A stretch of 64,000 bases of DNA, taken from Styela clava (lineage: Eukaryota). Position 1 is the stretch's first letter, and each line of letters opens with the position of its first letter. The DNA lies in the NCBI RefSeq assembly GCF_964204865.1, contig NC_135264.1:14260001-14324000 (forward strand). The letters run 5' to 3'. The position numbers and the translations under genes are program-made. Below, one piece after another: positions 26,190-39,151 of this stretch. The notes under the pieces were generated by a model. The model was not told the DNA's origin. It saw only the letters and a list, made by a program, of their open reading frames with translations, and ran no database searches.

Positions 26190-29100
26190 CTGATGTAGAA
26201 GAAATGAATACTGCAATAGTCAGAAGTACGGGGAATAATATATTCCTTTTTGTGTCCAAATGAGCCATTTAATGGCGTTTTCTTGTCCGTAAAGAAATAT
26301 AATAAGTTTATAAACTGTCTGTAAATTGAAAATTCAAATTGAAGCATTATTTCTACATTTTTTCACAAATTTAAAAAACATCCCTTGGAATAATTTCATA
26401 AACTGCTAACGTTTCAATAAAACAATTATTGACTGATCTGCTGGCCCAAGTTGAGTTGAGTTTCACTTTGATCAGATACTTATATGACTTTGATTAGTGA
26501 AAGCGGGAAAGATATATCATATTGGTACTTGGTCAATATTTCTATAAAAATAGCATAATCTCTTTCCACGAAATATCAAGTATATTTATGAGCTTTCTTA
26601 GATCATAGTCTAACTTCTTCGTATAAAACAAGATATGGCTTAATCAAATAGCGAATAATGATTAGCGAATTTCTACTCGGTAAAAATGCGTTTGAAACGT
26701 TTATAGATCACCGGAAACAGACCTGCTAACCAGGGGTTCTCTGATACTTAGGACTGAGTTAACTTGGAATAAGGATGATAATATGGTCGCCATTTCAATG
26801 GCCTCCTCCGAGAGATCTATTGATTGATTGGGTTACCATATAGACAGAAGGATTGATTTATAGGGAAGCTTTACAAACGTGCTCTCAAGTCAAGTGCAAT
26901 GTTTTATATAACATTTCAATCCGATGTTCTACGGCTCAAATTTCTAATACTAGAATGGAGTTTCAAGATGTAAAGTTCATGTGTTCAATTCACCCGCAAC
27001 CCACAAAAGCACTTCCTTCCTAAAAATAGCTTTTTGTTTCATCGCTGATAAAATTCGTAAATGGCAAAATAATCAGTGGTAATTGTATTCAAATACAGTC
27101 AAAAATGTATCCTATTTTTGCAAACAAGAAAGGCTAAAAATGCTGCTGTTAACGACTTGTTTTGAAGAGGTCGGAAGACTGTTTTTAAAACCTAAATTAC
27201 TGAAATATTTCACACTTCGATCACTCCTAGTAATTCCGGTACAAGAATCGGTAAACCGATATCAAACGACACCGGTGGTAAATTTTTGTCGAATACCTTC
27301 TATCAAACTTGAGGGGTTTTGCCAAAATGTAATGGGCGAAACAAAACAGACAATTGGGTGGTAAAATATCTTGGAATGTAAATGTTAGGGCTGTTACAGT
27401 GAACGCGTGAATATTAAAATATTTAAATACAACATTCTAAAATTAATTCTAGACCTAAGTTATTTAATAGTCTTGCTGCACACTGACACAAATATATTTC
27501 TTTAACGTTTCGTCTGATCAAGGTCAACCATACATAGTTCAACTAAAATAGGATAGAAATTGAATGTTGAGTTGATCTTAAAATGCAAAGATTTGTGCGA
27601 AGAGAAGGAAATGTATAGACTATAGAGCGTGCAAGCTAGAGACCAAGGTTTTTTTTTGCGGCTTCGAAACATACTCAGCCCTAAATGCAATTACTATAAA
27701 ATTTACACAAATTTAAACGTCTTTTTTGACACTTCAAACAAAAAATATTAAGAGAGGAGTCCATTGACAAATTGAGGCGTCAAAAACGTGACGAGAAGTG
27801 TTTGCATTCCGAAAATTCTACGTGAAATTCGGCAAAACGGATTTTCCTTTACATATTCGACAGCGCATGACACGCATCTCTGTCAAACTATTGTAACGGA
27901 CACAAAATTGAGGTTTTATGGTGCAATTTTCATGGTGCAACAAACACGAAAATTCTAGCGTGTGGGTGAAACACGTTTCCAACAAATCTACTGACAACTT
28001 CTTTTTAGAGGATTTACTCAAGCCTTCGTATAGATTTACTTAGCTCGTCATGCAAGCTACTTCCAGTGCATAACTAGGGCCATATTTTTCGCGTCGGCGT
28101 CATTTGCGAAATTGTTTCGATCAGTTTTAACACGATTGTAACAACAAAAATTCTTGTAATCATCTGTATTGAGTTTTATTACTATTTTAAATCACGGATA
28201 TCCTAGAATCTTGACTGAATGCATTTATTTAAATCAATATAAATTTTCCATCAGTTTTAACAATATTGCAATAACGAAAATGCTTCTCCATTTTAACCCA
28301 CAAATATCCTAGCATCTTAAATAGTTTGCGAAACAATATAATATAGCAGATTTCTCTCAAAAGATTGTTTCCAAATTTCCTGAATGATTATCAGTTATTG
28401 GAATTAATCTGTGAGTCCTTATTTTGTATACAATAAACTTCAAATCCGGAATTGCAGTCAAATTCCCGTTTCTGACGAAGGAAATATTCTAAACTGATGG
28501 GAATAAAACGTTTTAATGCATTCAATATACATTGCTCTAAACTAAATTAATAAATTTGCAAAAAATCCGAAGTACCTGCACAAAAAAAAGTCTTTCGACA
28601 CACTTATCCTATCGTCTCAAACTTCCGATATTGAGTTACAATGATTAGAACCGAAGCTGTATGGGTATTGTATTCGTATGACGTAATCAATGACGTCATA
28701 TCAGCTTTAGCAACTTCATAAATAAAGTTATATTAATTTACTCGTAATTCCATTCATAATGTAATTCCACCAAAGTTCCATTCATCAAAGAATTGTAATA
28801 TATATATATACTGCCAAGTCTATAACCCCTGACCCAAAAGGGTAAATTAAATCGTTTGCCTGGCACGAATACCGTCACACAAGTCATGTTCGCTGTCTGA
28901 ACGTTATCGATGGATGGAATGTAATTCATAATATTACTTTCTCGACATTCAATCTGTCATCGGGGACAATTCAACTTTTGGGCGTAACAGATGTCACCAC
29001 ATCACCGCGTAAAACTAAATAAATTCGCGGCCGATAAAGGATTCACTCCTGTAGTGACAAGGATCATCCTTACATTGGTCTTAAGGGAATTTATACAGAG

Positions 29101-29230
29101 GTTATGAGAAAAGTTTTATGCAAATTGTGGTCTAAGTAGGATGCATAATATATCGTTTCACAAACCTCGTTCCCAAAAATAAAATAAAATAAAAAAACAG
29201 GTCATTTGTAACATATTCCAGAATCTAGAC

Positions 29231-29460
29231 CAGTGGTTCTCGACCTTTTTTCTTCTGTGGCCCATGAACTTTTTCATGCGAGGTAAAAACTACAAGAAAA
29301 CAAAAAACTTTTCTGCAAAACGAAATGCTTTCACTTTAATAATAATTAGAATGAAAAACAGCATCATCATTCATTGCTACTACAATGTTTTATAGTGACA
29401 CAAATAAAACTAATTTTAATGGGCTTGTGTCCCACCTGAAAATATGCCTGTGGCCCAGTT
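29231..29460. mobile_element. hAT MITE, right end eroded
   Basis: atctagac|cagtggttctcgacc, internal gtggccca motifs near both ends. Confidence 0.55.
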
Positions 29461-30815
29461 ATGCGCTAGATTACAGAAACTTTTGGGTGCAATAATACAC
29501 AGACAGAAGTTTAATTGGTAAATATTTTATTTTTGTGGAAGTGTATGCGTCCTGTTTATTTGTGAATCGCCCTTTACATAAATATATATATTCTCAAGTA
29601 CTAATCGAAGTCAACGAGTAAGTCCCGTGTATAGGGAAGGATACCAACTACGTAGACACGACGTATGACGTTAACTTTCCGCGGGGTCATTTCTGGTGAC
29701 TAATTTAAATATACTATTTCTTCCACAATAGAATGATGACGTCAGTTTAGTGACGTCAAACACCTATAAAATTGATGAGTATGCGACAGCTAAAAAGAAA
29801 CTGCAAAGGTAATTTCGGAAATAATCAAACTACGGGTCCAACGTGAGCATTTATTACAGGAAATTATTAAAAAGTAAAATTAGCGATTATTTGTTTGCCA
29901 TAGATGAACTTATATTGAAAGTTTAAGCCCATGCTTGTTGAGTGAAAGTGATTTACTGACAGGTAGGCCGTTGGGTGCGCAATTCGAAACTGATAGCAAT
30001 GCTTTCTTGCCTACGCTTTAACAGGCAGTGTGCCGACGCAGGAGCCAAATCGATGTAGAAATTGGCATTTTCTCAGGGAAATATTCTACAAATCTACCTG
30101 GATATGTCTAGACATGCATGAGTAATTTAGTCAAGATCATTAATTATTGTTCGTATTAACAATCGATGACTCCAGCACATTGTCAGATCCAGAATTATCC
30201 CCTTTCTCCCAAACGCATCACTTTATTATATCACAATGCAATCCGTACCAACCTATAACTGTTTCTCTCAAGATAAGTTTTAATCTCCCGTACAATTTAA
30301 CATCTCAACCCCTAGTCTTACGAACGAGATGTCAATTTTAAAGTCAGATTTACCTTACTATATTCAGATTAATATCAATTTCTCACTACCTTCGTCATCA
30401 AATTTCGAAAGCATAGTATTTTATGCGTGTTTGCTCAAAGCAAAATCACTACCCTTCCTCTATATGAGAAAATATTCAAGATATGCTAGAACTAACAAAT
30501 TGATTTAAAACTCGTTGAAGTTACGCAATAAATGACGTAAGAGTTTTTATAATAGAAGCTTTTATAACACAACCTTGACTGTGACATACGACATAATCCA
30601 ACACACCTTGGCGGCGTCTGCAAAACCTTTCATTTTGTCCCATAAGTGTTCATTACCAAAATCAGTAAGGCCGATTCAGAAGGCCTATTATTACATGTAT
30701 AACATATTATTACGACAATTTTATAATACAAAGAACCTTCCTTTATTCATAATCGTGTCCGTTTCGTAGGTGGTCCGTGTTATATGTAACATAGCCACCT
30801 CAGAGCCTTACTTAC

Positions 30816-30818
30816 CAT
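30816..30818 (-). CDS. Candidate start-codon exon end (ATG|gtaagt) for the small spliced gene
   Basis: ccccATG|GTAAGTAAG, phase 0 fits exon 26189; an alternative first exon ATGTGGACTACG|gtaagt lies near 34204-34215. Confidence 0.3.
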
Positions 30819-31470
30819 GGGGTGACCAAAACCATAAAGACCGGAAGACTGTGTATAATCATATCCCATAAATTTCATAAAATTGCGACAAACTTGAGAC
30901 GTGAATCCGTTTAACTGTGATTTATGTCTCAAAAACGAATCGAAACTGATGATAATCAGAAATGATTGGGCATGCTTATTGTATATTTGAATTGGATTAG
31001 ACGTGTTATTCAGAAAAAAGCATGAATTCCCCTGTGTGGGATTTCCATACAGTATATAACCTACAGAATAAATGTTGTGAAGCCTAATCGCGAACTTGAA
31101 AACTGTACTAATCCTACTAACATATTTGAATCATCATCAAGTATATTATCAAAAATGCTAAGAATGATTATTTTGAATGTATTTGGCGTATCATTTCCCC
31201 GAAAACAAAATCGTCAATTTCCCTGTATGTGATTTCGGACTGCGAACCTGAAAAACTCTTCTATAGCTTTTATATTCAAACTATTTTTAAAAATGCACTT
31301 CAACAAAATTTATATTCTTATCCTTTCATAAGTGTATGAAAAAATAGGAGCTTATCAAATAAGTATATTTATAATGACACAGAAAATCAGCACCGGATAT
31401 ATCAAACGACTCGTTTCCATATCCAGCGGTAAATACTGGTTTTCTTTTTTCAAGTCGGATTCACGATATA

Positions 31471-31769
31471 CCGGTTTCCCCGAAAATAAGACAGGGTCCT
31501 TTTTAAATTTTCATTCGGAAAATAACACTAAGAGCTTATTTTGGAGGGATGTCTTTCATTTTCATTTATCATAAACAAAATTACAAAGTAGGGAACTACG
31601 AGTTTATAAAATATGAAAACCGATATCCATTTACTTTAACTGCAAACCACAGATATGACATAGGTTAAAAACAATTTCGCGTTATTGACTAGGTCTGATT
31701 TTAAAGGGAGGGCTTATATTAAAATCATTTCAAAAATTCAGGCTAGGTCTTATTTTCAGGGAAACACGG
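31471..31769. mobile_element. Tc1/mariner (pogo/Tc2-like) MITE
   Basis: TA|CCGGTTTCCCCGAAAATAAGAC ... GTCTTATTTTCAGGGAAACACGG|TA. Confidence 0.8.
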
Positions 31770-32392
31770 TATCAAGAAACACGTTTCAATATCCAGTGGT
31801 AAAAACGGTTTTCCATTTTTTCAAGTTGGACTCAGTATAGTGACCAAATATGGCATGGATAACTGTTGCAGTTGTAGGATTTTTCGAAAGTTCTGATTAG
31901 TTTTTGAAAACTCTTGTCTTTATTTTTTCAATTTTAAAATTTTCCTAGGTCGACCCACAATAAACCATGCAACTAATCTTTAAATATCTCGATCTTATTT
32001 TTGAATATTTTTTTCTTTTTAGATGCGTCTTTATAAACATGCTTTGAGCTATACGAGTAGTATGTTCTGTTTATCAAGATTTTTTTTATGTGTTTTCGCT
32101 TTTCTGTGTGAATTGTTGTCTTTCGTCGCATCTTCAAACAGGCCACGACTAATGTATTAAAGCTCCCGGGAGTTTGGTCAACATATTACCGTGAGAAAAC
32201 TCAGGCTCCAATATCCGCTGAGAAAATATGCGCGAAATCTTGATTAGTTTCGCTGGTATGAACTGAGAAGAAAGTCACAATAACCAATTCTCAAATGTTT
32301 ATTCATTCATAGCTTACCGAGTATTATGAATCGAGCAGGGGCTTACCGGTATTAGACGTAAGAAGTTGGCAACAATATGACGGTTGCCAGAA

Positions 32393-32722
32393 AGTTTCAA
32401 TTCCAATTGTACAATTTCGATATAGGTTTGCCAAATTCTCTTTTATTTTCCAACACGTTGCGTTATATATATATATAATAGGAATTATTGCTACCACAAG
32501 ACGTTATTTTGTTTATAAACGCTTCTGAAAATCATCGCAAATTTGCACATTTATTTTTAAATGTTTCAATTCCAATCGTTCAACTTCGGTATAGTGTTGC
32601 CAGATTCTCTCACATTTTCCTACCTTTTGCGTTATATGAAATATAAATTGTTGTTACCATAGGTCGTTATTTTGTTCACAAACGCATCTAAAAATCATCA
32701 CAAATTCTCTCATTCATTTTTA
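32393..32722. repeat. Degenerate ~170-bp tandem duplication
   Basis: gtttcaattccaat...ttgcgttatat...cgttattttgtt...aaaatcatc...ttttaa twice. Confidence 0.75.
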
Positions 32723-35700
32723 ACAGAGCCAATGTAAAATCATCCCTTACTGTTGTCCCTTTTTGCATCCGCCGAATCCCTTACTAACGTTACAACAATG
32801 TAACACTGTTTTATTTCACTTTCCACGTCGCTAAAATATCAATTCCAGCTATAGAGTTACCGTCACGTCAAGCTACAAAAAATATCTTTCACAAAAATAT
32901 CAAAAAGCTTGCAATGTCACACTCTATTTCTCTCAATTTTCGTTGCAAAACGATCCAATATCACACAATATACCTTTACGGTATCGCTCAACAATAGCTA
33001 TGTAAACGAAGACCCTTATGTCAACCTATTTTTCATGAGAAATATGTATTTGTTCCGTCGTCTGTCGCGTTAGCTACTTTCTATATTATGTTGATAAAAA
33101 ATACCATTCTGCTAGCTTTTCTTGCACTAGAATTACAAACACAATAAACCGAAATCTGATAAGTAAAGCTGGATTTCGTCTGAGTAAACTTTAAGTCATA
33201 ATCACAGGATTACAACGTCCAAATCTCCTTGTAATTTTGCATCATTACTTTTTATTAAATTAAGATTCTGACAATTGACTATATTGTATTCATGAGACAT
33301 TTCCCATAATGGCAATTTGTCTTGGAGAAAAATAAAAATAAGCGACCAAAATAAATCTATGCAAAATTTCTATCTATGTATTCGTTTAGTAACCTTGCTT
33401 TGGGAAACTCTGTAAATAACACCGATTGTCAATAATATTTGATCATGACTAAACTGTGGTTTAGCATCGAAGCAAGCAACATTAATTAGACTCGAAAAGC
33501 TTCAAAGATTTTAAATACTCTACTGACTGATGAATAACTCGCTCTGAATATCCAAAGTACGCTCATATTTTCAGGATGCTACTTTTTTTTATAAAAATTC
33601 GACCTGGGCTTGGAGAATTTGCTCATAAAAAATAAAAATCTAACATATATTATACGATCACATTCATATTTAAAATTTGTTTATATTTAAAAAAAATTTG
33701 CCATCACAAATATGTGGCAACAGTCATAACAGTGAAGTGGAATAGTTTCATTCTTGCTGGCTTAATGACTTGAGTTAACTGAATGTTATCTGATATTGCA
33801 TTACTTTGAGCAAGAAACAAAACTGCCTTGCCGCCGAGTTAACTCAACTGCCAAATAACGCCGATCTGTTCTAGCGTTACACTGAACAGCCTCTGACGTT
33901 CTGCAGTGTTTATATACGGTCGAAATTTTCGTTGGTACTTTTTTCTATTTTCATTTCAACAACGAATCTAGCAAGCCCAACCCAACCACACATGGTTATT
34001 TAGTCTTATGTTTACTAAGCGGCGAGCAATATAGCAAAGTAAATATTCTTTTTGCAAATTCTGAAATCTACCATTTATGTACCTTTAGGCAATTGTGCAC
34101 TGTTAACAAATTTGTTTAAATATATAGCATTTTTGTGTTACACAAAAACTGCAATGCAGACAGAAGTTGCTAGTGCACTTATTTCCTAACAGATTCAACT
34201 TACCGTAGTCCACATATCTTTGACATTGAACAAGTTGTCTAATTACTGGACTGGTAACCGGACGAGAACCTGCGATTTATAAAGTGATAATGCCGTCTTG
34301 ACTCGTAGCTATTCGTTTTTGTATCCATAAAGTTCGAACTCATTCTCATCTTTTTCATAATATCAAGTGTAAGTTTCGGCAGAATGACAAAGTTTAGCAA
34401 GTACAGGTAAAATGATAGGAATATAAAAGTTAGAGATTTCTCTTGTCTATCACTGCACAGTTAGTTAAAAGCAGGGCTTCAAAATAAAGCTTGAAAACAG
34501 AGCTTCAAAATAGAAACTTTTTTTCTTTAGTGCAACAAGCAACAAATCCCTAGAAGCAACTGAAGTCCTGAAAGTTTTTCAGTGTTTTTGAAACACAATC
34601 TACTAAATTAGTTATTTCATGTGGTGTTGATAGAAATGAAATATTTTGAGTATCTGTAAACTAACTTTGTGCAAGTTTATTACCGTTGTAAGTTGATTTT
34701 TTTTTTGTAAAAAATTAGTGTTAAATCGCCTTCACTGTGACGTAATTTATGAATGAGGTCATACTTTTTTAGTTTTGGCTACGCTTCCCGCCAGAAAATC
34801 ACAGTAAACACTTGTACTCTCAAGTATGTACCGGAAGTTCTTTGAAGATTCTATATGAACGATCAAATGTGGACCATATTAAAAATTATACCTAACATTG
34901 AGTCTAAACATGGTTCATACCAGATCATACTTTGTACAATGATAAAATTTGATATTTAATTAAAACTCTCTAGTACTCTGAAGTTTTAAATCAAATACTT
35001 GATATCAGTCGAAAGTGTTATTTGAATTATCTTCCGTCATCCTTGCGTTATAGTTGAATGTTTTTGTAAAAACGATCTAAGTATGTACGACATACGTTGA
35101 CCTTTCAACCTGGAACCGGAAAGGTGCGACTTTGATGATTCTACTTTACGGTTCAAGTTTGTGATAAGATCGATTACGTCATACGATCTAAAATATTTTT
35201 CTTTTTCAATAGAGTTTAAATTTATTTCAAATATAGTTTTCATCATAAGCTAATTTATAATATTAGTTTGCTTTTCGATTATTCAATTTGGTAAAAAACA
35301 AGGGTTAAAACAAGATTTATCGCTCTGCTTCCACCTTGTGGAATGATTAATGTTTAGGTGAGTGCCAATTTTTGTTAGCAAAAATGAAAACAAAAAGCCG
35401 TAATTCTTAAGTGAAAAGTTCACGTGTAATTTACTTTCACTGATCAAAACTATTTTCAAATTTTCTGTCCAAACTGCAAAATTGTCATGAAAAATTTACT
35501 GCAGACTGTCCATAGTATACATTCGTCATCTCTATGACCTCATCGCAAGTTTTGAGAAATTCATTTAATCGTCGTTTTGACAAAACGTAGATTCTGTATC
35601 GTAATCCTTTAAGCCTAATTCATAATAGTGCTTAGGAAACCATTGCAGTACTTATTCTGGTAATAACGAAACCATAACCAACAATTTATCAGCTTAAGCC

Positions 35701-36289
35701 TGGATCAGCCTGGGCGCAAAAAAAATCTATTTTCCGACTGAACGGAAGGTAAATCAAGTTCGTTTCATGAATTAAGTCATTCACAGATCACGGGTCGCAC
35801 ACCTTAGTTTTGATCCGGATAAAGTATTATGATGTCATAGTGTCTGTTCACCCAGACTAATATGATGTAACTATTAGACATAAGAGAAAGACTAATGGAC
35901 TGTTTTGGCTAATTATGCGGTGCTAATGGTTGTTCGCTGTATATTATTTAACCAAACCTAGGACATAACTTAAATCGTTCCTTATATTCACAAATCATGC
36001 CAGGTGATGCCTTGCTGATGAAATATAATGGCGATAGTTTTACAGTTCATTACTCTCAAGATCAAGGGAAATTTAACTTCGTAAAATTAGCATACTTCCC
36101 CTAAAGTTTTACGACTATTTACGGAAATGTTCAAATTTAGTCGATATTTGAAACAGTTCGTGTTTTTAGCCCAAAAATATTACGCGAATCACATCTACCT
36201 GGGGTTTCACAGAGTAGGGTTTTAGTCATAATTTGGATAATTCTAGAATGTCTCATAAAAGACGCAAGAAATTTCATTTGCATGTTGCG

Positions 36290-36660
36290 ATGATTGGGTA
36301 TTTTGCATGTTAACGCACCCATAGAACGTATTTTTGAAACAAGAAAATTTTTTCATAGAATTCCATGAAATATAAAAAATCATGACGGGTATAAGCTATA
36401 GCTTCAACGTCATTATACCCCGATTTTATATATTCTAACCCAATGATATTGATGGTGGCTAGTTCTTTTTTACTTGGTTTTCATGATTGGGTATTTTGCA
36501 TCATTGAAATTCTAAAACAAGGGACTCATAGAATTTCATGAAATAAAAAAAATGATGATGGGTATTTAACTTCAACGTTTGACGTCTTTACATCCAAATT
36601 TTTTGATAATATATATATATATTTCAAGCCAATGGTATTTATAATGGCTACTTATTTTTA
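36290..36660. repeat. Degenerate ~190-bp tandem duplication
   Basis: atgattgggtattttgcat...tcatagaatt.catgaaat...cttcaacgt...ccaatg twice. Confidence 0.7.
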
Positions 36661-38220
36661 ACCATTTACTTTGGCGTGAATATATGACTTTATCTGGTTA
36701 ATTTTAGCCCGAGTGCACGTCTCTCTGTTTCTGATATAACACAATATACCACATTTAAACTTGAAAATTGTTTCATTTCTGAATCTTCATTCTGTGTACG
36801 TTGTGGAAGTTTGGTTATAAAGTTTTAGAAGAAGAAATATAACAACAACAGCACTAATTTGCAGGAAACGACTGCGGTTCCAAAATTCTAAGAAATTTGG
36901 ATTCACGTCTCTGCTCTTTATTGGTCGATTGTTTTTCTTTTGTGGTTACAAAATGAAAATATAACTCCTTATTTTCTGCGAATATCAGAATGCCAGTCCA
37001 AGTTCGGTGTTTCCTTTTTTGCTTTATTTAATAAATCGTGGTCCTCAATATCGTTCTGTATATATTTCTTCTTTTATTTTACTTATTCAGACCTCACATA
37101 ATGAAATGTTAAAATTGGTGTAAACTTGGCATTGACGTCATATGCAGTTCGTCGTATAGTCTTGGGGTTTCGTTGCTTTGGCGAGAAATTTTTTTTTTAC
37201 TGTGTTTACGTCACCGTGTATTTCGTTATTTTCGGTGATAAAACTTGAAGAGCCCCTGGTATCAAATTACGGACATTTCTTATGTAATGACGTTCAAAAT
37301 TTACTACGTATCGCACGTGAAAACGGTCGTGCGTGAAAACATCTCCGTGTTTTACTTCGTTTTACTTTACTCCGCTTTGGCAGCGAAGCTTGCTCGCGCG
37401 TTTGCTCACGATTACCGAAACCAGGCGTTGTTGCACAAGCGCATTCGTGCGTTTCATTCTCCCACAAAAAGTTTTTCCCACAAATCGAAGAAACATAGTT
37501 TACCTCAAAATCAATTTTGATTAAATTAATCCGATGATCTCGATAAGATTTCGAGAATAGATGATTCATCCAATCGGATATTCAAATTAAGGGATTTTTG
37601 TACATGTATATTCATAGTAGTTTCATATTACTAGAAAAACAGTTTATGTCTATTCTCGAAGAAGGGGATATTTCACAGTTTTCATACTTTCATTTTCAGC
37701 ACTGTCGTCATCATTTATTTTTTCAATATCACCAAGCTAGATACACCGTGGACCATTTGAAAGTACTGGAAATTTACAGTCGCTCATTAGTCCGCTTCTG
37801 GCATCTTCCTAATATATACTTCTACTTTACGGCATCCAAAGCGGAACCATAAAGTTTTCCGCGTTTGTACGGCGCGCGGCAAGTTGCGCCTATTATTCGT
37901 CCATTTTTTCTACATTCCTAATTGGGGGGAGGGGGGGGGGGGGGCGATAATCTGATCCATATGATTCAGTTTCAACGTGAATTGAAATACCAACTGATTC
38001 GAGTCACTTCTCTTTACCATATCAGAAAGGCTACCGCAGTCTAGCCTTTCCAGGTCCTGTGACGATGATCTTTTCCTCATGATTAAAGTGAATTGAAATA
38101 CCAAATGATCCGAGTCACTCCTGTATTTCCAGATCAGGTAGGCTACCGCAGTCGAGATTCACCGACGTTCACTGAGCAGTGAGCACGAGATCCGCCGAGA
38201 TGTCCCCGCGTTCGCGGAAC

Positions 38221-38490
38221 CGCCACTAGGTGCGCGCACTTTGATGACGTCATAGCACCCAAGAACGAATCCCATAAAGCTCACAGAAATAAAGAAAAAG
38301 TGATAAATAGACTTCTAGCGAAAAATAAAATAGTTAACAACTGAACATTTCAAAGCAATTTGAACAGTAATTATAGATAAAAGTAATTTTTCCATATCGT
38401 TGGGAAGAAAAATTCTAACGAGATGAACAAGAACAACAACAACATAATAACACAAGAGAGTAATGATCAAATATAAGGACACGCAGACCA
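38221..38490 (-). mobile_element. Degenerate HINE-family fragment
   Basis: cgccactagg...tttgatgacgtcatagc...ttctagcgaaaaataaaat...ttcaaagcaatt...aacaagaacaacaacaacataata. Confidence 0.55.
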
Positions 38491-38731
38491 ATTCCCCAAA
38501 ACTCATACATATGCGGTAATTACCAGTACCTGCATCGGGGTACCGTGACGATGCAAGGACTGTCATAGCTTCTTAGGTCTTGTGACAATGATCCATTCTT
38601 CTTGATTGTGTTTAAACATAAATTGAAATATCACATAATCTGAGTCACTTCTGTGTTACCAGATCAGGTACCGCAGTCAAACATTTCTCGTAAAAACGTC
38701 CCAAAATAATATTGTTGAGGATGATTGATAG

Positions 38732-39151
38732 TTATTGGACACGTTTAGTGGCCATAACGATCGTTTCAATATTATGTTGTTGTTGTTCTTGTTCTTTGAC
38801 ACGTTTTTAAAAAATCGCTTTTCTCTTCGAATACTGGACCAATTGCTTTGAAATTTTCAGTGGTTAAAGATTAATTTCTTCGCTAGAAGGCTATTACTTT
38901 TATTTATTTCAAAATTTTGCGTGAATTTTATGAAATTTGATATTTCGTCTAAAATTTTGCTGTATTATTTTTTATCCATGGGAACACGGATTTTAGTCAG
39001 TGTCATGACTGGCTGTACGTTTTGATTCTGCAAAATTCTTGCTACTGGAAATTCAGAACTTTTTTGAGGGTACCGGTAGCGTCAAAGGTACCGGTAAAGA
39101 CTGATTCGCTCTGGTCTAACGTGTCCATATATTTGTGCGTAGCTCTCTTGT
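38732..39151 (+). mobile_element. Helentron/HINE (DINE-1-like) non-autonomous element
   Basis: 5' TTATTGGACACGT subterminal IR, (TTG)n microsatellite, 3' ACGTGTCCATATATTTGTGCGTAGCTCTCTTGT; near-identical inverted copy at 59406-59826. Confidence 0.7.

Noticed and set aside
26102-26347. Alternative frame RDSLQRKKEDSKREQEQQRKNSL for the 26.1-kb exon
   Set aside because: It also splices in phase, but GC3 of 19/23 is discordant with this AT-rich genome; disfavoured, not excluded
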